64,000 bases of DNA from assembly GCF_009914755.1 (NCBI RefSeq), contig NC_060927.1; one strand, 5' to 3'. The notes under the pieces were generated by a model that saw nothing but the letters and a program-made list of their open reading frames with translations, made no database searches and was not told where the DNA came from. The stretch is from the human T2T-CHM13v2.0 reference genome, Homo sapiens. The translations under genes were made by a program, and so were the position numbers. Positions 1 through 12,110 of this stretch are shown here, piece after piece (position 1 is the first letter of the stretch; each line of letters starts with the position of its first letter).

Positions 1-3000
1 CTGGGAATGATTCTGTCTAGTTTTTATATGAAGATATTTCCTTTTCTACCGTAGGATTTAAAGTGCTCTAAATATCCACTTGGAAATACTACAAAAAGAG
101 TGTTTCAAATCTGCTCTATCCAAAGAAAGGTTCAACTCTGTGAGTTGAATGCACACATCACAAAGAAGTTTCTGAGAATTCTTCTGTCTAGTTTTATATG
201 AAGAAATCCCATTTCCAACGAAGGTCTCAAAGAGGTCCAATTATACACTTGAAGGTTGTATAAAAAGAGTGTTTCAAAACTGCTCTATCAAAAGGAAGGT
301 TTACCTCTTTGAGTTGAGTACAGACATCATGAGGGAGTTTCTGAGAATTCTTCTGTCTAATTTTTATGTCAAGATAAACCCTTTTCCAAGGAAGACCTCA
401 AAGCACTCCAAATATCCAGATGCAGACTTTACAAACAGAGTGTTTCGAAACTGCACTATCAAAAGAAATGTTAAACTGTGTGAGCTGAACGCACACATCA
501 AAAAGTAGTTTTTGAGAATGATTCTGTCTAGTATTTATATGAAGATATTTCCTTTTCTACCTTAGGCCTCAAAGCGTTTTAAATATCCACTCGCAAACCC
601 TGCAAAAAGATTGTTTCAAAACTGCTCTATCAAAAGGAAGGTTCACCTCTGTGACTTGAGTACAGACATCACAGAGAAGTTTCTGAGAATACTTCTGTCT
701 ACTTTTAATGTGAACATATTCTTGTTTCCAAAGAAAACCTCAAAGCGCTCCGAATATCCAGATGCAGAGATTACAAACAGAGGGTTTCAAAACTGCTCTA
801 TCAAAGGAAAGGTTAAACTCTGTGATTTGAACGCACACATCACAAAGTAGTTTCTGGGCGTTCTTCTGTCTAGTTTTATATGAAGATATTTTTTTTCAAC
901 CATATGATTCAAAGCGCTCTAAATATCCACTTGTAAATTCTACAAAAAGAGTGTTTCAAATCTGCTCCATCAAAAGGAAGGTTCAATTCTGTGAGTTGAA
1001 TGCATACATCACAAAGTAGTTTCTGGGAATGATTCTGTCTAGTTTTTATATGAAGGTATTTCATTTTCTACCATAGGATTCAAAGCCCTCTAAATATTCA
1101 CTTGGAAATTCTACAAAAAGAGTGTTTGAAATCTGCTCTATCAAAAGGAAGTTTCAACACTGTGAGTTGAATGCACACATCACAGAGAAGTTTCTGAGAA
1201 GTCTTCTGTCTAGTTTATATGAAGAAATCCTTTTTCCAAGGAAGGCCTCAAAGAGGTCCAAATATACACTTGCAGATCCCACTAAAAGAGTGTTTCAAAA
1301 ATGCTCAATAGAGAGGAATGTTCAAATACGTGAGTTGAATGCAAACATCACAAAGTAGTTTCTGAGAATGCTTCTGACTAGTTTTTATGTGAAGATATTT
1401 CCTTTTCCACAATAGGCCTCAAATCGCTCTAAATATCCTCTTGCAAACTCTACAAAAAGAGTGTTTCAAAACTGCTCTGTCAAAAGGAACGTTCACCTTG
1501 GTGAGTTGAATACAGACATCACAAAAAGTTTCTAAGAATACGTCTATCTACTTTTTATGTGAAGATATTCCCGTTTCCATGAAAACCTCAATGCGCTCCA
1601 AATATCCAGATCCAGACTTTAAAAACAGAGTGTTTCCAAACTGCTCTGTCAAAAGAAAAGTTAAACTCTGTAAGTTGAACGCACACATCACAAATTAGTT
1701 TCTGGGAATGATTCTCTCTAGTTTTTATATGAAGATATTTCCTTTTCTCCCTTAGGATTCAAGGCGCTCTAAATATCCACTTGGAAATACTACAAAAAGA
1801 GAGTTTCAAATCTGCTCTATCAAAAGGGAGTTTCAACTATGTGAGTTGAATGCACACATCAAAAAGATGTTTCTGAGAATTCTTCTGACTAGTTTTTATA
1901 TGAAGATATTTCCTTCTCTACGATAGGATTCAAAGCGTTCTAAATATCCACTTTGAAATTCTACAAAAAGAGTGTTTCAAATCTGCTCTATCAAAGGAAG
2001 GTTCAACTATGTGAGTTGAATGCACACATCAAAAAGAAGTTTCTGAGAATTCTTCAGACTAGTTTTACATGAAGAAAATCCGATTCCAAAGAAGGCCTCA
2101 ATGAGGTCCAAGTATCCTATTTCAGATTCTTCAAAAAGAGTGTTTCAAAACTGCTCTATCAAGAGGAATGTTCAACTCTGTGAGTTGAATGCACACATCA
2201 CAAAGTAGTTTCTGACAATGTTTCTCTGTAGTATTTATGTGAAGATATTTCTTTTCTACCATAGTTCTCAAAGCACTCTAAATTCACACTTGCAAATTCT
2301 ACATAAAGACTGTTTCAAAACTGCTCTATCAAAAGAAAATTTAAACTCAGTGTGTTGAATGCACACATCAAAAAGTAGTTTCTGAGAATGATTCTGTCTA
2401 GTTTTTATATTAAAGTATTTCATTTTCTACCATAGGCCTCTAAGCACCCTAAATATCCACTTGGAAATTCTTCAAAAAGAGTGTTTCAAAACTGCTCTAT
2501 CAAAAGGAAGGTTCACCGCTGTGAATTGAGTACAGACATCACAAAGAAGTTTCTGAGAATACTTCTGTGTACTTCTTATGTGAAGATATACCCGTTTCCA
2601 AAGAAAACCTCAAAGCGCTCCAATTATCCAGGTGCAGACTTTACAAACAGAGTGTTTCAAAACTGCTCTATCAAAAGAAAGTTTAAACTCCGTGATTTGA
2701 ACAAACACATCACAAAGTAGTTTCTGGGAATGATTCTGTCCACTTTTTATATGAAGATATTTCATTTTCTACCATACGATTCAAAGCTCTCTAAATATCC
2801 ACTTGGAAATACTTCAAAAAGAATATTTCGAATCTGCTCTATGAAAAGGAAGGTTTAACTTGGTGAGTTGAATGCACACATGACAAAGAATTTCCTGATA
2901 ATTCTTCTGTCTAGTTTTATATGAAGAAATCCCGTTCCAATGAATGCCTCAAAGAGGTCCAAATATCCACTTGCATATCCTCCAAAAATGGTGTTTCAAA

Positions 3001-5985
3001 ACTGCTCTATCAAGAGGAGTGTTCAACTCTGTGAGTTGAATGCAAACATCACAAAGCAGTTTCTGAGAATGCCTCTATCCAGTATTTATGAGAAGATATT
3101 TCCTTTTCTACCATAGCCCTCAAAGCGCTCTAAACACACATTTGCAAATTCTACAAAAGACTGTTTCAAAACTACTGTATCAAAAGAAAAGTTAAACTCA
3201 GTGAGTTGAATGCACAAATCACAAAATAGTTTCTGAGAATGATTCAGTCAAGTTTAATATGAAAATATTTCATTTTCTACCATAGGCCTCAAAGAGCTCT
3301 AAATATCCACGTGCAAAATCTACAAAAAGAGTGTTTCAAAACTGCCCTATCAAAAGGAGGGTTCACCTCTGTGAGTTGAGTACAGACATCACAAAAAAGT
3401 TTCTGAGAATACTTCTGTCTACTTTTTATGTGAAGATATTCCCGTTTCCAAAGAAAACCTCAAAGCGCTCCAAATATCCAGATGCAGACATTACAAACAG
3501 AGTGTTTCAAAACTGCTCTATCAAAGGAAAGTAAAACAACGTGAGTTGAACATACACATCACAAAGTAGTATCTGGGAGTTATTCTGTCTAGTTTTATAT
3601 GAGGATACTTTTTTCAACCATATGATTCAGAACGCACTAAATATCCACTTGTAAATTCTACAAAAAGAGGGTTTCAAATCTGCTCCATCAAAAGGAAGGT
3701 TCAAATCAGTGAGTTAAATGCACACATCACAATGTAGTTTCTGGGAATGATTATGTCAAGTTTTTATATGAAGATATTTCATTTTCTACCATAGGATTCA
3801 AAGCCTTCTAAATACTCACTTGGAAATTCTACAAAAAGAGTGTTTGAAATCTGCTCTATCAAAAGGCAGGTTCAACTCTGTGAGTTGAATGCATGCATTA
3901 CAAAGAAGTTTCTGAGAATTCTTCTGTCTAGTTTTATATGAAGAAATCTCGTTTCCAACGAAGGCCTCAAAGATGTACAAATATCCACTTGCAGATACTA
4001 CGAAAAGAGTGTTTCAAAACTGTTCTATCAAGAACAGTTCAACTCTGTGAGTTGAATGCAAACAATAAAAAGTAGTTTCTGAGAATGCTTCTGTCTAGTT
4101 TTTATGTGAAGATATTTCCTTTTCTACCATAGACCTCAAAGTGCTCTAAATATCCACTTGCAAACTCTACAAAAAGAGTGTTTCAAAATGCTCCAACAAA
4201 AGGAATTTTTAGCTCTCTGAGTTGAGTACAGATATCCCAAAGAAGTTTCTGAGAATAGTTCCATCTACTTTTTATGTGAAGATATTCCCATTTCATAAGA
4301 ATACCTCAAAGCACTCCAAATATCCAGATGCAGACTTTTCACACCGAGGGTTTCAAAACTGCTCTATCAAAGAAAGGTTAAACCCTGTGAGTTGAACGCA
4401 TACATCACAAAGTAGTTTCTGGGAATGATTCTGTCTAGTTTTTATATGAAGATATTTCCTTTTCTACCCAAGGATTCAAAGCACTCTAAATATCGACGTG
4501 GAAATACTACAAAAAGTGTTTTTCAAATCTGCTCTATCAAAAGGAAGGTTCAGCTCTGTGAGTGAACGCACGCCTCACAAAGAAGTTTCTGAGAATTCTT
4601 CCGTCTAGTTTTATGTGAAGAAATCCCATTTCCAATGAAGGTCTCAAAGAGGTCCAAATATCCACTTGCAGATTCTACAAAAAGAGTGTTTCAAAACTGC
4701 TCTATCAAGAAGAATGTTCAACTCTCTGAGTTGAATGCAAACATCACAAAGTAGTTTCTGAGAATGCTTCTGTCTAGTTTTTATGTGAAGATATTTCCTT
4801 ATCTACCATGAGCCTCAAAGCGCTCTAAATATCCACTTGCAAAGTCTACAAGAAGAGTGTTTCAGAACTGCTCTATCAAAAGGAAGGTTCACCTCAGTGA
4901 GTTGAGTACAGACATCACAAAGATGTTTCTGAGAATACTTCTGTCTGCTTTTTATGTGAAGATATTCCCGTTTCCAATGAAACCCTCAAAGCGCTCCACA
5001 TATCCAGATGCAGACTTACAAACAGAGAGTTTCAAAACTGCTCTATCAAAAGAAATGTAAATTCTTGGAGTTGAACGCACACAACACAAAGTAGTTTCTG
5101 GGAATGTTTCTGTCTAGTTTTTACATGAAGATATTTCCTTTTCTACCATAGGATTCAAAGTGCTCTAAATATCCACTTGGAAATTCTTCAGAAAGAGTGT
5201 TTCAAATCTGCTCTATCAAAATGAAGGTTCAACTCTGTGAGTTGAATGCACACATCACAAAGAAGTTTCTGAGAATCCTTCTGTCTAGTTTTATATGAAT
5301 AAATCCCGTTTCCAATGAAGGCCTCAAAGAGGTCCAAATATCCACTTGCAGATTCTACAAAAAGAGTGTTTCAAATCTACTCCATAAAGAGGAATGTTCA
5401 ACTCTGTGAGTTGAATGCAAACATCACAAAGCGGTTTCTGAGAATGCTTCTGTGTAGTTTTTATGTGAAGATATTTCCTTTTTTACCATAGGCCTCAAAG
5501 CGCTCTAAATATCCACTTGCAAATTCTACAAAAAGAGATATTCAAAACTGCTCTGTCAAAAGGAAGGTTCACCTCTGTGAGTTGAGTACAGACATCACAA
5601 AGAATTTTCAGAGAATACGTCTGTCTACTTTTTATGTGGAGATATTCCCTTTTCCAAAGGAAACCTCAAAGCGCTCCACATATCCAGATGCAGACTTTGA
5701 AAACAGAGTGTTTCAAAACAGCTCTATCGAAATAAAGGTTAAACTCTGTGAGTTGAACTCACACGTCACAAAGCAGTTTCTGGGAATGATTCTGTCTAGT
5801 CTTTATATGAAGATACTTCCTTTTCTACCATAGGATTCAAAGTGCTCTAAATATCCACTTGGAAATTCTACAAAAAGAGTGTTTCAAATCTGCACTATCA
5901 AAAGGAAGGTTCAACTCTGTGAGTTGAATGCACGAATCAGAAAGAAGTTTCTGACAATTCTTGTGTCTGGTTTTATTTGAAGAAA

Positions 5986-6002
5986 TCCCGTTTCCAACGA
6001 AG
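5986..6002 (-). promoter_or_regulatory. CENP-B box (perfect 17-mer)
   Basis: + strand tcccgtttccaacgaag is the reverse complement of CTTCGTTGGAAACGGGA. Confidence 0.9.
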
Positions 6003-6665
6003 GCCACAAAGAGGTCCAAATATCCACTTGCAGATTCTACAAAAAGAGTGTTTCAAAACTGCACTGTCAAGAGGAATGTTCAATTCTGTTAGTTGAATGC
6101 AAACATCACAAAGTAGTTTCTGAGAATGCTTCTGTCTAGTTTTATGTGAAGATATTTCCTTTTCTACCATAGGCCTCAAAGCTCTCTAAATACACACATG
6201 CAAACTCTACAAAAAGAGTGTTTCAAACTGCTCTATCAAAAGGAAGGTTCACCTCTGTGAGTTGAGTACAGACATCACAAAGAATTTTCAGAGAATACGT
6301 CTGTCTACTTTTTATGTGGAGATATTCCCTTTTCCAAAGGAAACCTCAAAGCGCTCCACATATCCAGATGCAGACTTTGAAAACAGAGTGTTTCAAAACA
6401 GCTCTATCGAAATAAAGGTTAAACTCTGTGAGTTGAACTCACACGTCACAAAGCAGTTTCTGGGAATGATTCTGTCTAGTCTTTATATGAAGATACTTCC
6501 TTTTCTACCATAGGATTCAAAGTGCTCTAAATATCCACTTGGAAATTCTACAAAAAGAGTGTTTCAAATCTGCACTATCAAAAGGAAGTTTCAACTCTGT
6601 GAGTTGAATGCACGAATCAGAAAGAAGTTTCTGACAATTCTTGTGTCTGGTTTTATTTGAAGAAA

Positions 6666-6682
6666 TCCCGTTTCCAACGAAG
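6666..6682 (-). promoter_or_regulatory. CENP-B box (perfect 17-mer, duplicated copy)
   Basis: tcccgtttccaacgaag inside the second copy of the 680-bp duplication. Confidence 0.9.
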
Positions 6683-8329
6683 GCCACAAAGAGGTCCAAA
6701 TATCCACTTGCAGATTCTACAAAAAGAGTGTTTCAAAACTGCACTGTCAAGAGGAATGTTCAATTCTGTTAGTTGAATGCAAACATCACAAAGTAGTTTC
6801 TGAGAATGCTTCTGTCTAGTTTTATGTGAAGATATTTCCTTTTCTACCATAGGCCTCAAAGCTCTCTAAATACACACATGCAAACTCTACAAAAAAAGTG
6901 TTTCAAACTGCTCTATCAAAAGGAAGGTTCACCTCTGTGAGTTGAGTACAGACATCACAAAGACGTTTCTGAGAATACTTCTGTCTACTTTTTGTGTGAA
7001 GATATTTAAGTTTATAAAGAAAACCTCAAAGCGCTCCAAATATCAAGATGCAGAATTTTCAAACAGAGTGTTTCAAAACTGCTCTATCAAAGAAAGGTTA
7101 AACTCTGTGAGTTGAACACAAACATCACAAAGTAGCTTCTGGGAATCATTCTGTCTATTTTTTATATGAAGATATTTCCTTTTCTACCACAGGATTCAAA
7201 GCGCTCTAAATATCAACTTGCAAATTCTACAAAAAGAGTGTTTCAAATCTGCTCTATAAAAAGAAAGGTTAAACTCAGTGAGTTGAATGCACACATCACA
7301 AAATATTTTCTGAGAATGATTCTGTCTCATTTTTATATGAAGATATTTCCTTTTCTACCATAGTCCTTAAAGCGCTCTAAATATCCACTTGCAAATTCTA
7401 CAAAAAGAGTGTTTCAAAACTGTTCTATCAAGAGGAATGTTCAACTCTGTGAGTTGAATGCAAACATCACTAAATAGTTTCTGAGAATGCTTCTGTCTAG
7501 TTTTTATGTTAAGATATTTCCTTTTCTACAATAGGCCTCAAAGTGCTCTAAATATCCACTTGCAAACTCTACAAAAAGAGTGTTTCAAAATACTCCGTCA
7601 AATGGAATTTTTACCTCTGTGAGTTGAGTACAGATATCCCAAAGAAGTTTCTGAGAATACATCTGTCTACTTTTTATGTGAAGATACTCCCGTTTCCAAA
7701 GAAAACCTCACAGCGCTCCAAATATCCAGATGCAGACATTACAAATTGAGTGTTTCAAAACTGCTCTATCAAAAGAAAGGTTAAACTCCGTGAGTTGAAG
7801 GCACACATCACAAAGTAGTTTCTGGGGATGCTTCTGTCTAGTTTTTATATGAAGATATTTCCTTTTCTACCATTGGATTCAAAGTGCTCTAAATATCCAC
7901 TTGCAAATTCTTCAAAAAGAGAGTTGCAAATCTGCTCTATCAAAAGGAAGGTTCAACTCTGTGAGTTGAATGGACACATCACAAAGAAGTTTCTGAAAGT
8001 TCTTCTGTCTAATTTTACATGAAGAAATCCCGTTTCCAATGAAGGCCTCAAAGAGGTCAAAATATCCATTTGCAGATTCTATAAGAAGAGTGTTTCAAAA
8101 CTGCTCTATCAAGAGAAATGTGCAACTCTGTGAGTTGAATGCAAACATCACAGAGTAGTTTCTGAGAATGCTTCTGTCTAGTTGTTATGTGAAGATATTT
8201 CCTTTTCTACCAAAGGCCTCAAAGCGCTCTAAATACACACTTGCAAATTCTAGAAAAAGAGTGTTTCAAAATTGCTCTATCAAAAGAAAGGTTAAACTCT
8301 GTGAGTTTAATGCACACATCACAAAGTAG

Positions 8330-11300
8330 TTTCTGAGAATGATTCTGTCTATTGTTTATATGAAGATATTTCCTTTTCTTCCATAGGCCTCAAAGGGCTC
8401 TTAATAAACAATCGCAAATTCTACAAAAAGAGTGTTTCAATACTGCTCCATCAAAAGGAAGGTTCAACTCTATGAGTTGAGTGCAGACATCAGAAAGAAG
8501 TTTCTGAGAATACTTCTGTCTACTTTTTATGTGAAGAAATTCCCGTCTCCAACGGAGGAATCAAAGACGTCCAAATATCCACTTGCAGATCATAGAAAAA
8601 AGGTGTTTCAAAACTGCTTTATCAAAAGGAATGTTGAACACTGTGAGTTGAACGCAAGCATCACAAATTAGTTTCTGAGAATGCTTCTGTCTAGTATTTA
8701 TTTTAAGATATTTCCTTTTCTACCATAGGCCAAAAAGCCCTCTAAATACACACGTGCAAATTCTACAAAAAGAGCCTATCAAAACTGCTCTATCGAAAGG
8801 AATGTTCAACTCTGTGAGATGAGTGCAGGCATCACAAAGAAGTTTCTGAGAATATTTCTGTCTACCTTTTGTGTGAAGATACTCCAGTTTCCAAATAAGG
8901 ACTCAAAGCGCTCCAAATATCTACTTGTAGCCTTTACCAACAGAGGGTTTCAAAACTGCTCTATCAAGACGAATGTTCAACACTGTGAGTTGACTGCAAA
9001 CATCAAACGTAGTTTCTGACAATGCTACTGTCCAGTTTATATGTGCAGATATTTCCTTTTCTAACATAGGCCCCGAAGCGGTCTAAATATACACTTGCAA
9101 ATTCCACAAAAAGAGTGTTTCTAAGGTGCTCTTTCAAAAGAATGTTTAAACTCTGTGAGTTGAATGCACCCATCACAAAGTAGTTTCTTAGAATGCTTCT
9201 GTGTAGTTTTTCTTTGAACATATTTCCTTTTCCATCATAGGCCACAAAGCACTCTAAATATCCACTTGCAAATTCTACAAAAGAGTGTTTCAAAACTGCT
9301 CTATCAAAAGGAAGGTTCAACTCTGTGAGTTGAGTGCAGACATCACATAGAAGTTTCTGAGAATACTACAGTTTACTTTTTATGTAGAGATACTCCCGTT
9401 TCCAAAGAAGGCCTCAAAGCACTCCAAATATCTACCTGCAGATTTTACAAACAGAGGGTTTCAAAACTTCTCTATCAAAAGAAAGGTTAAACTCTGTGAG
9501 TTGAACGCACACATCACAAAGTAGTTTCTGAGAATGCTTCTGTCTAGTTTTTATGTGAAGGTATTTCCTTTTCTACCATAGGACTCAAAGCACACTAAGT
9601 ATACAATTGCAAATTCTACAAAAAGAGTGTTTCAAAACTGCTCTTTCAAAAGAAAGGTCAAACACTGTGAGTTGAACACACACATCACAAATTAGCTTCT
9701 GAGAATCATTCTGCCTAGTTTTTCTATGAAAATATTCCTTTTCTACCATAGGCCTCAAACCGCTCTATATATCGTCTAGAAAATTCTACAAAAAGAGTGT
9801 TTCAAAACTGCTCTATCGAAAGGAATGTTCAACGCTGTGAATTGAGTGCACACATCAAAAGTAGTTTCTGACAATGCTACTGTCCAGTTTTTACGTGCAG
9901 ATATTTCCTTTTATAACATAGGCCTTGAAGCGGTCTAAATATACACTTGCAAATTCCACAAAAAGAGTGTTTCTAAGCTGCTCTATCAAAAGAATGTTTA
10001 AACTCTGTGAGTTGAATGCACCCATCACAAAGAAGTTTCTTAGAATGCTTCTCACAGAAGCATTCCTTTGAACATATTTCCTTTTCCTTTGAACATATTT
10101 CCTTTTCCACCATAGGACGCAAAGCGCTCTAAATATCCACTTGCAAATTCTACAAGGGCGCGTTTCAAAACTGCTCTATCAAAAAGAAAGTTCAACTCCG
10201 TGAGCTGAGTGCAGACATCACAAAGAAGTTTCTGAGACTACTTCTGTCTACTTTTTATGTGCAGATACTCCCGTTTCCAAATAAGGCCTCAAAGCGCTCC
10301 AAATATCTACTTGCAGACTTTACAAAGAAAGGGTTTCAAAACTGCTGTATCAAAAGAAAGGTTAAACTCTGTGAATTTAACGCACACATCACAAAGTAGT
10401 TTATGAGAATGATTCTGTGTAGTATTTATGTGAAGATATTTCCTTTTCTTCCATAGGCATCAAAGGGCTCTTAATAAACAATTGCAAATTCTACAAAAAG
10501 AGTGTTTCAATACTGCTCCATCAAAAGGAACGTTCAACTCTGTGAGTTGAGTGCAGACATCAGAAAGAAGTTTCTGAGAATACTTCTGTCTACTTTTTAT
10601 GTGAAGAAATTCCCGTTTCTAACGAAGGAATCAAAGAGGTCCAAATATCCACTTGCAGATCCTAAAAAAAGGTGTTTCAAAACTGCTCTATCAAAAGGAA
10701 TGTTGAACACTGTGAGTTCAATGCAAGCATCACAAATTGTATTCTCAGAATGCTTCTGTCTAGTTTTAATATGAAGATATTTTCTTTTCTATCACAGGCC
10801 TAAAATCCCCCTAAATACACACTTGCAAATTCTAAAAAAAGAGCCTTTCAAAACTGCTCTATCAAATGGAAGGTTCAACTCTGTGAGATGAGTGCAGACA
10901 TCACAAAGAAGTTTCTGAGAATACTTCCGTCTATTTTTATGTGAAGATACTCGAGTTTCTAAATTAGTCCTCAAAGCGCTCTAAATATCTACTTGAAGCC
11001 TTTACCAACAGAGGGTTTCAAAACTGCTTTATCAAAAGAAAGGTTAAACTATGTGAGTTGAATGCACACATCACAAAATAGTTTCTGATAATGCTTCTGT
11101 CTAGTTTTTATGTGAAGGTATTTCCTTTTCTACCATAGGACTCAAAGCACAATAAGTATACACTTGCAAATTCTACAAAAAGAGTGTTTCAAAACTGCTC
11201 TATCGAAAGAAAGGTTAAACACTGTGAGTTGAACCCACACATCACAAATTAGTTTCTGAGAATCATTCTGCCTAGTTTTTCTATGAAGATATTTCCGTTT

Positions 11301-12110
11301 CTACCATAGGCCTCAAACCGCTCTATATATCCACTAGGAAATTCTACAAAAAGAGTGTTTCATAACTGCTCATTCGAAATGTAGGTTCAACTCTGTGAGT
11401 TGAGTGCACACATCACAAAGAAGTTTCTGAGAATTCTCCTGTCTAGTTTTACATGAAGAAATCCCGTTTCCAAAGATGGCCTCAAAAAGGTCCAAATATT
11501 CACTTGCAGATTCTACAAAAAGAGGGTTTCAAAACTGCTCTAACAAGAGGAACGTTCAACTCTGTGAGTTGATTGCAAACATCAAAAGTAGTTTCTGACA
11601 ATGCTACTGTCCAGTTTTTATGTGCAGATATTTCCTTTTCTAACATAGGCCTCGAAGCGGTTGAAATATACACTAGCAAATTGAACAAAAAGAGTGTTTC
11701 TAATCTGCTCTATCAAAAGAATGTTTAAACTCTTTGAGTTGAACGCACCCGTCACAAAGTAGTTTCTTAGAATGCTTCTGTGTAGTTTTCCTTTGAACAT
11801 ATTTCCTTTTCCACCATGGGCCACAAAGCGCTCTAAATATCCACATGCAAATTCTACAAAAGAGTGTTTCAAAACTGCTCTATCAAAAGGAAGGTTCAAT
11901 TCTGTGAGTTGAGTGCAGACATCAAAAAGAAGTTTCTGAGAATACTACAGTTTACTTTTTATGTGGAGATACTCCCGCTTTCAAAGAAGGCCACAAAGCA
12001 CTCCAAATATCTACTTGCAGATTTTACAGAGGGTTTCAAAACTGCTCTATCAAAACAAAGGTTAAACTCTGTGAGTTGAACGCGCACACATCAGAAGGTA
12101 GTTTCTGAGA
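8330..12110. repeat. Alpha-satellite zone built from shuffled duplicated blocks (distinct monomer variants)
   Basis: gggctcttaataaacaat occurs at ~8395 and ~10465; gacaatgctactgtccag at ~9018, ~9871 and ~11597; ggactcaaagcaca at ~9581 and ~11138. Marker gagtgcagac replaces the gagtacagac of the tetramer domain. Confidence 0.75.

Larger units (their letters stand above)
5556..6963. repeat. Recent near-perfect tandem duplication of a 4-monomer (680-bp) unit
   Basis: Position i matches i+680 for 5556-6283 with only 2 mismatches seen (5909 g/6589 t; 6216 g/6896 a). ORF translations 5582-5833 and 6262-6513 are identical. Confidence 0.95.
1..8190. repeat. Divergent ~680-bp tetrameric alpha-satellite domain (left)
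   Basis: Marker gagtacaga recurs at ~4225, 4904, 5585, 6265, 6945 and 7626 (spacing 679-681 bp), with companion markers ggattcaaag and aaaacctcaaagcgctccaaatatccagatgcagac. Spacing is less regular from 1 to 4200. Confidence 0.8.
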
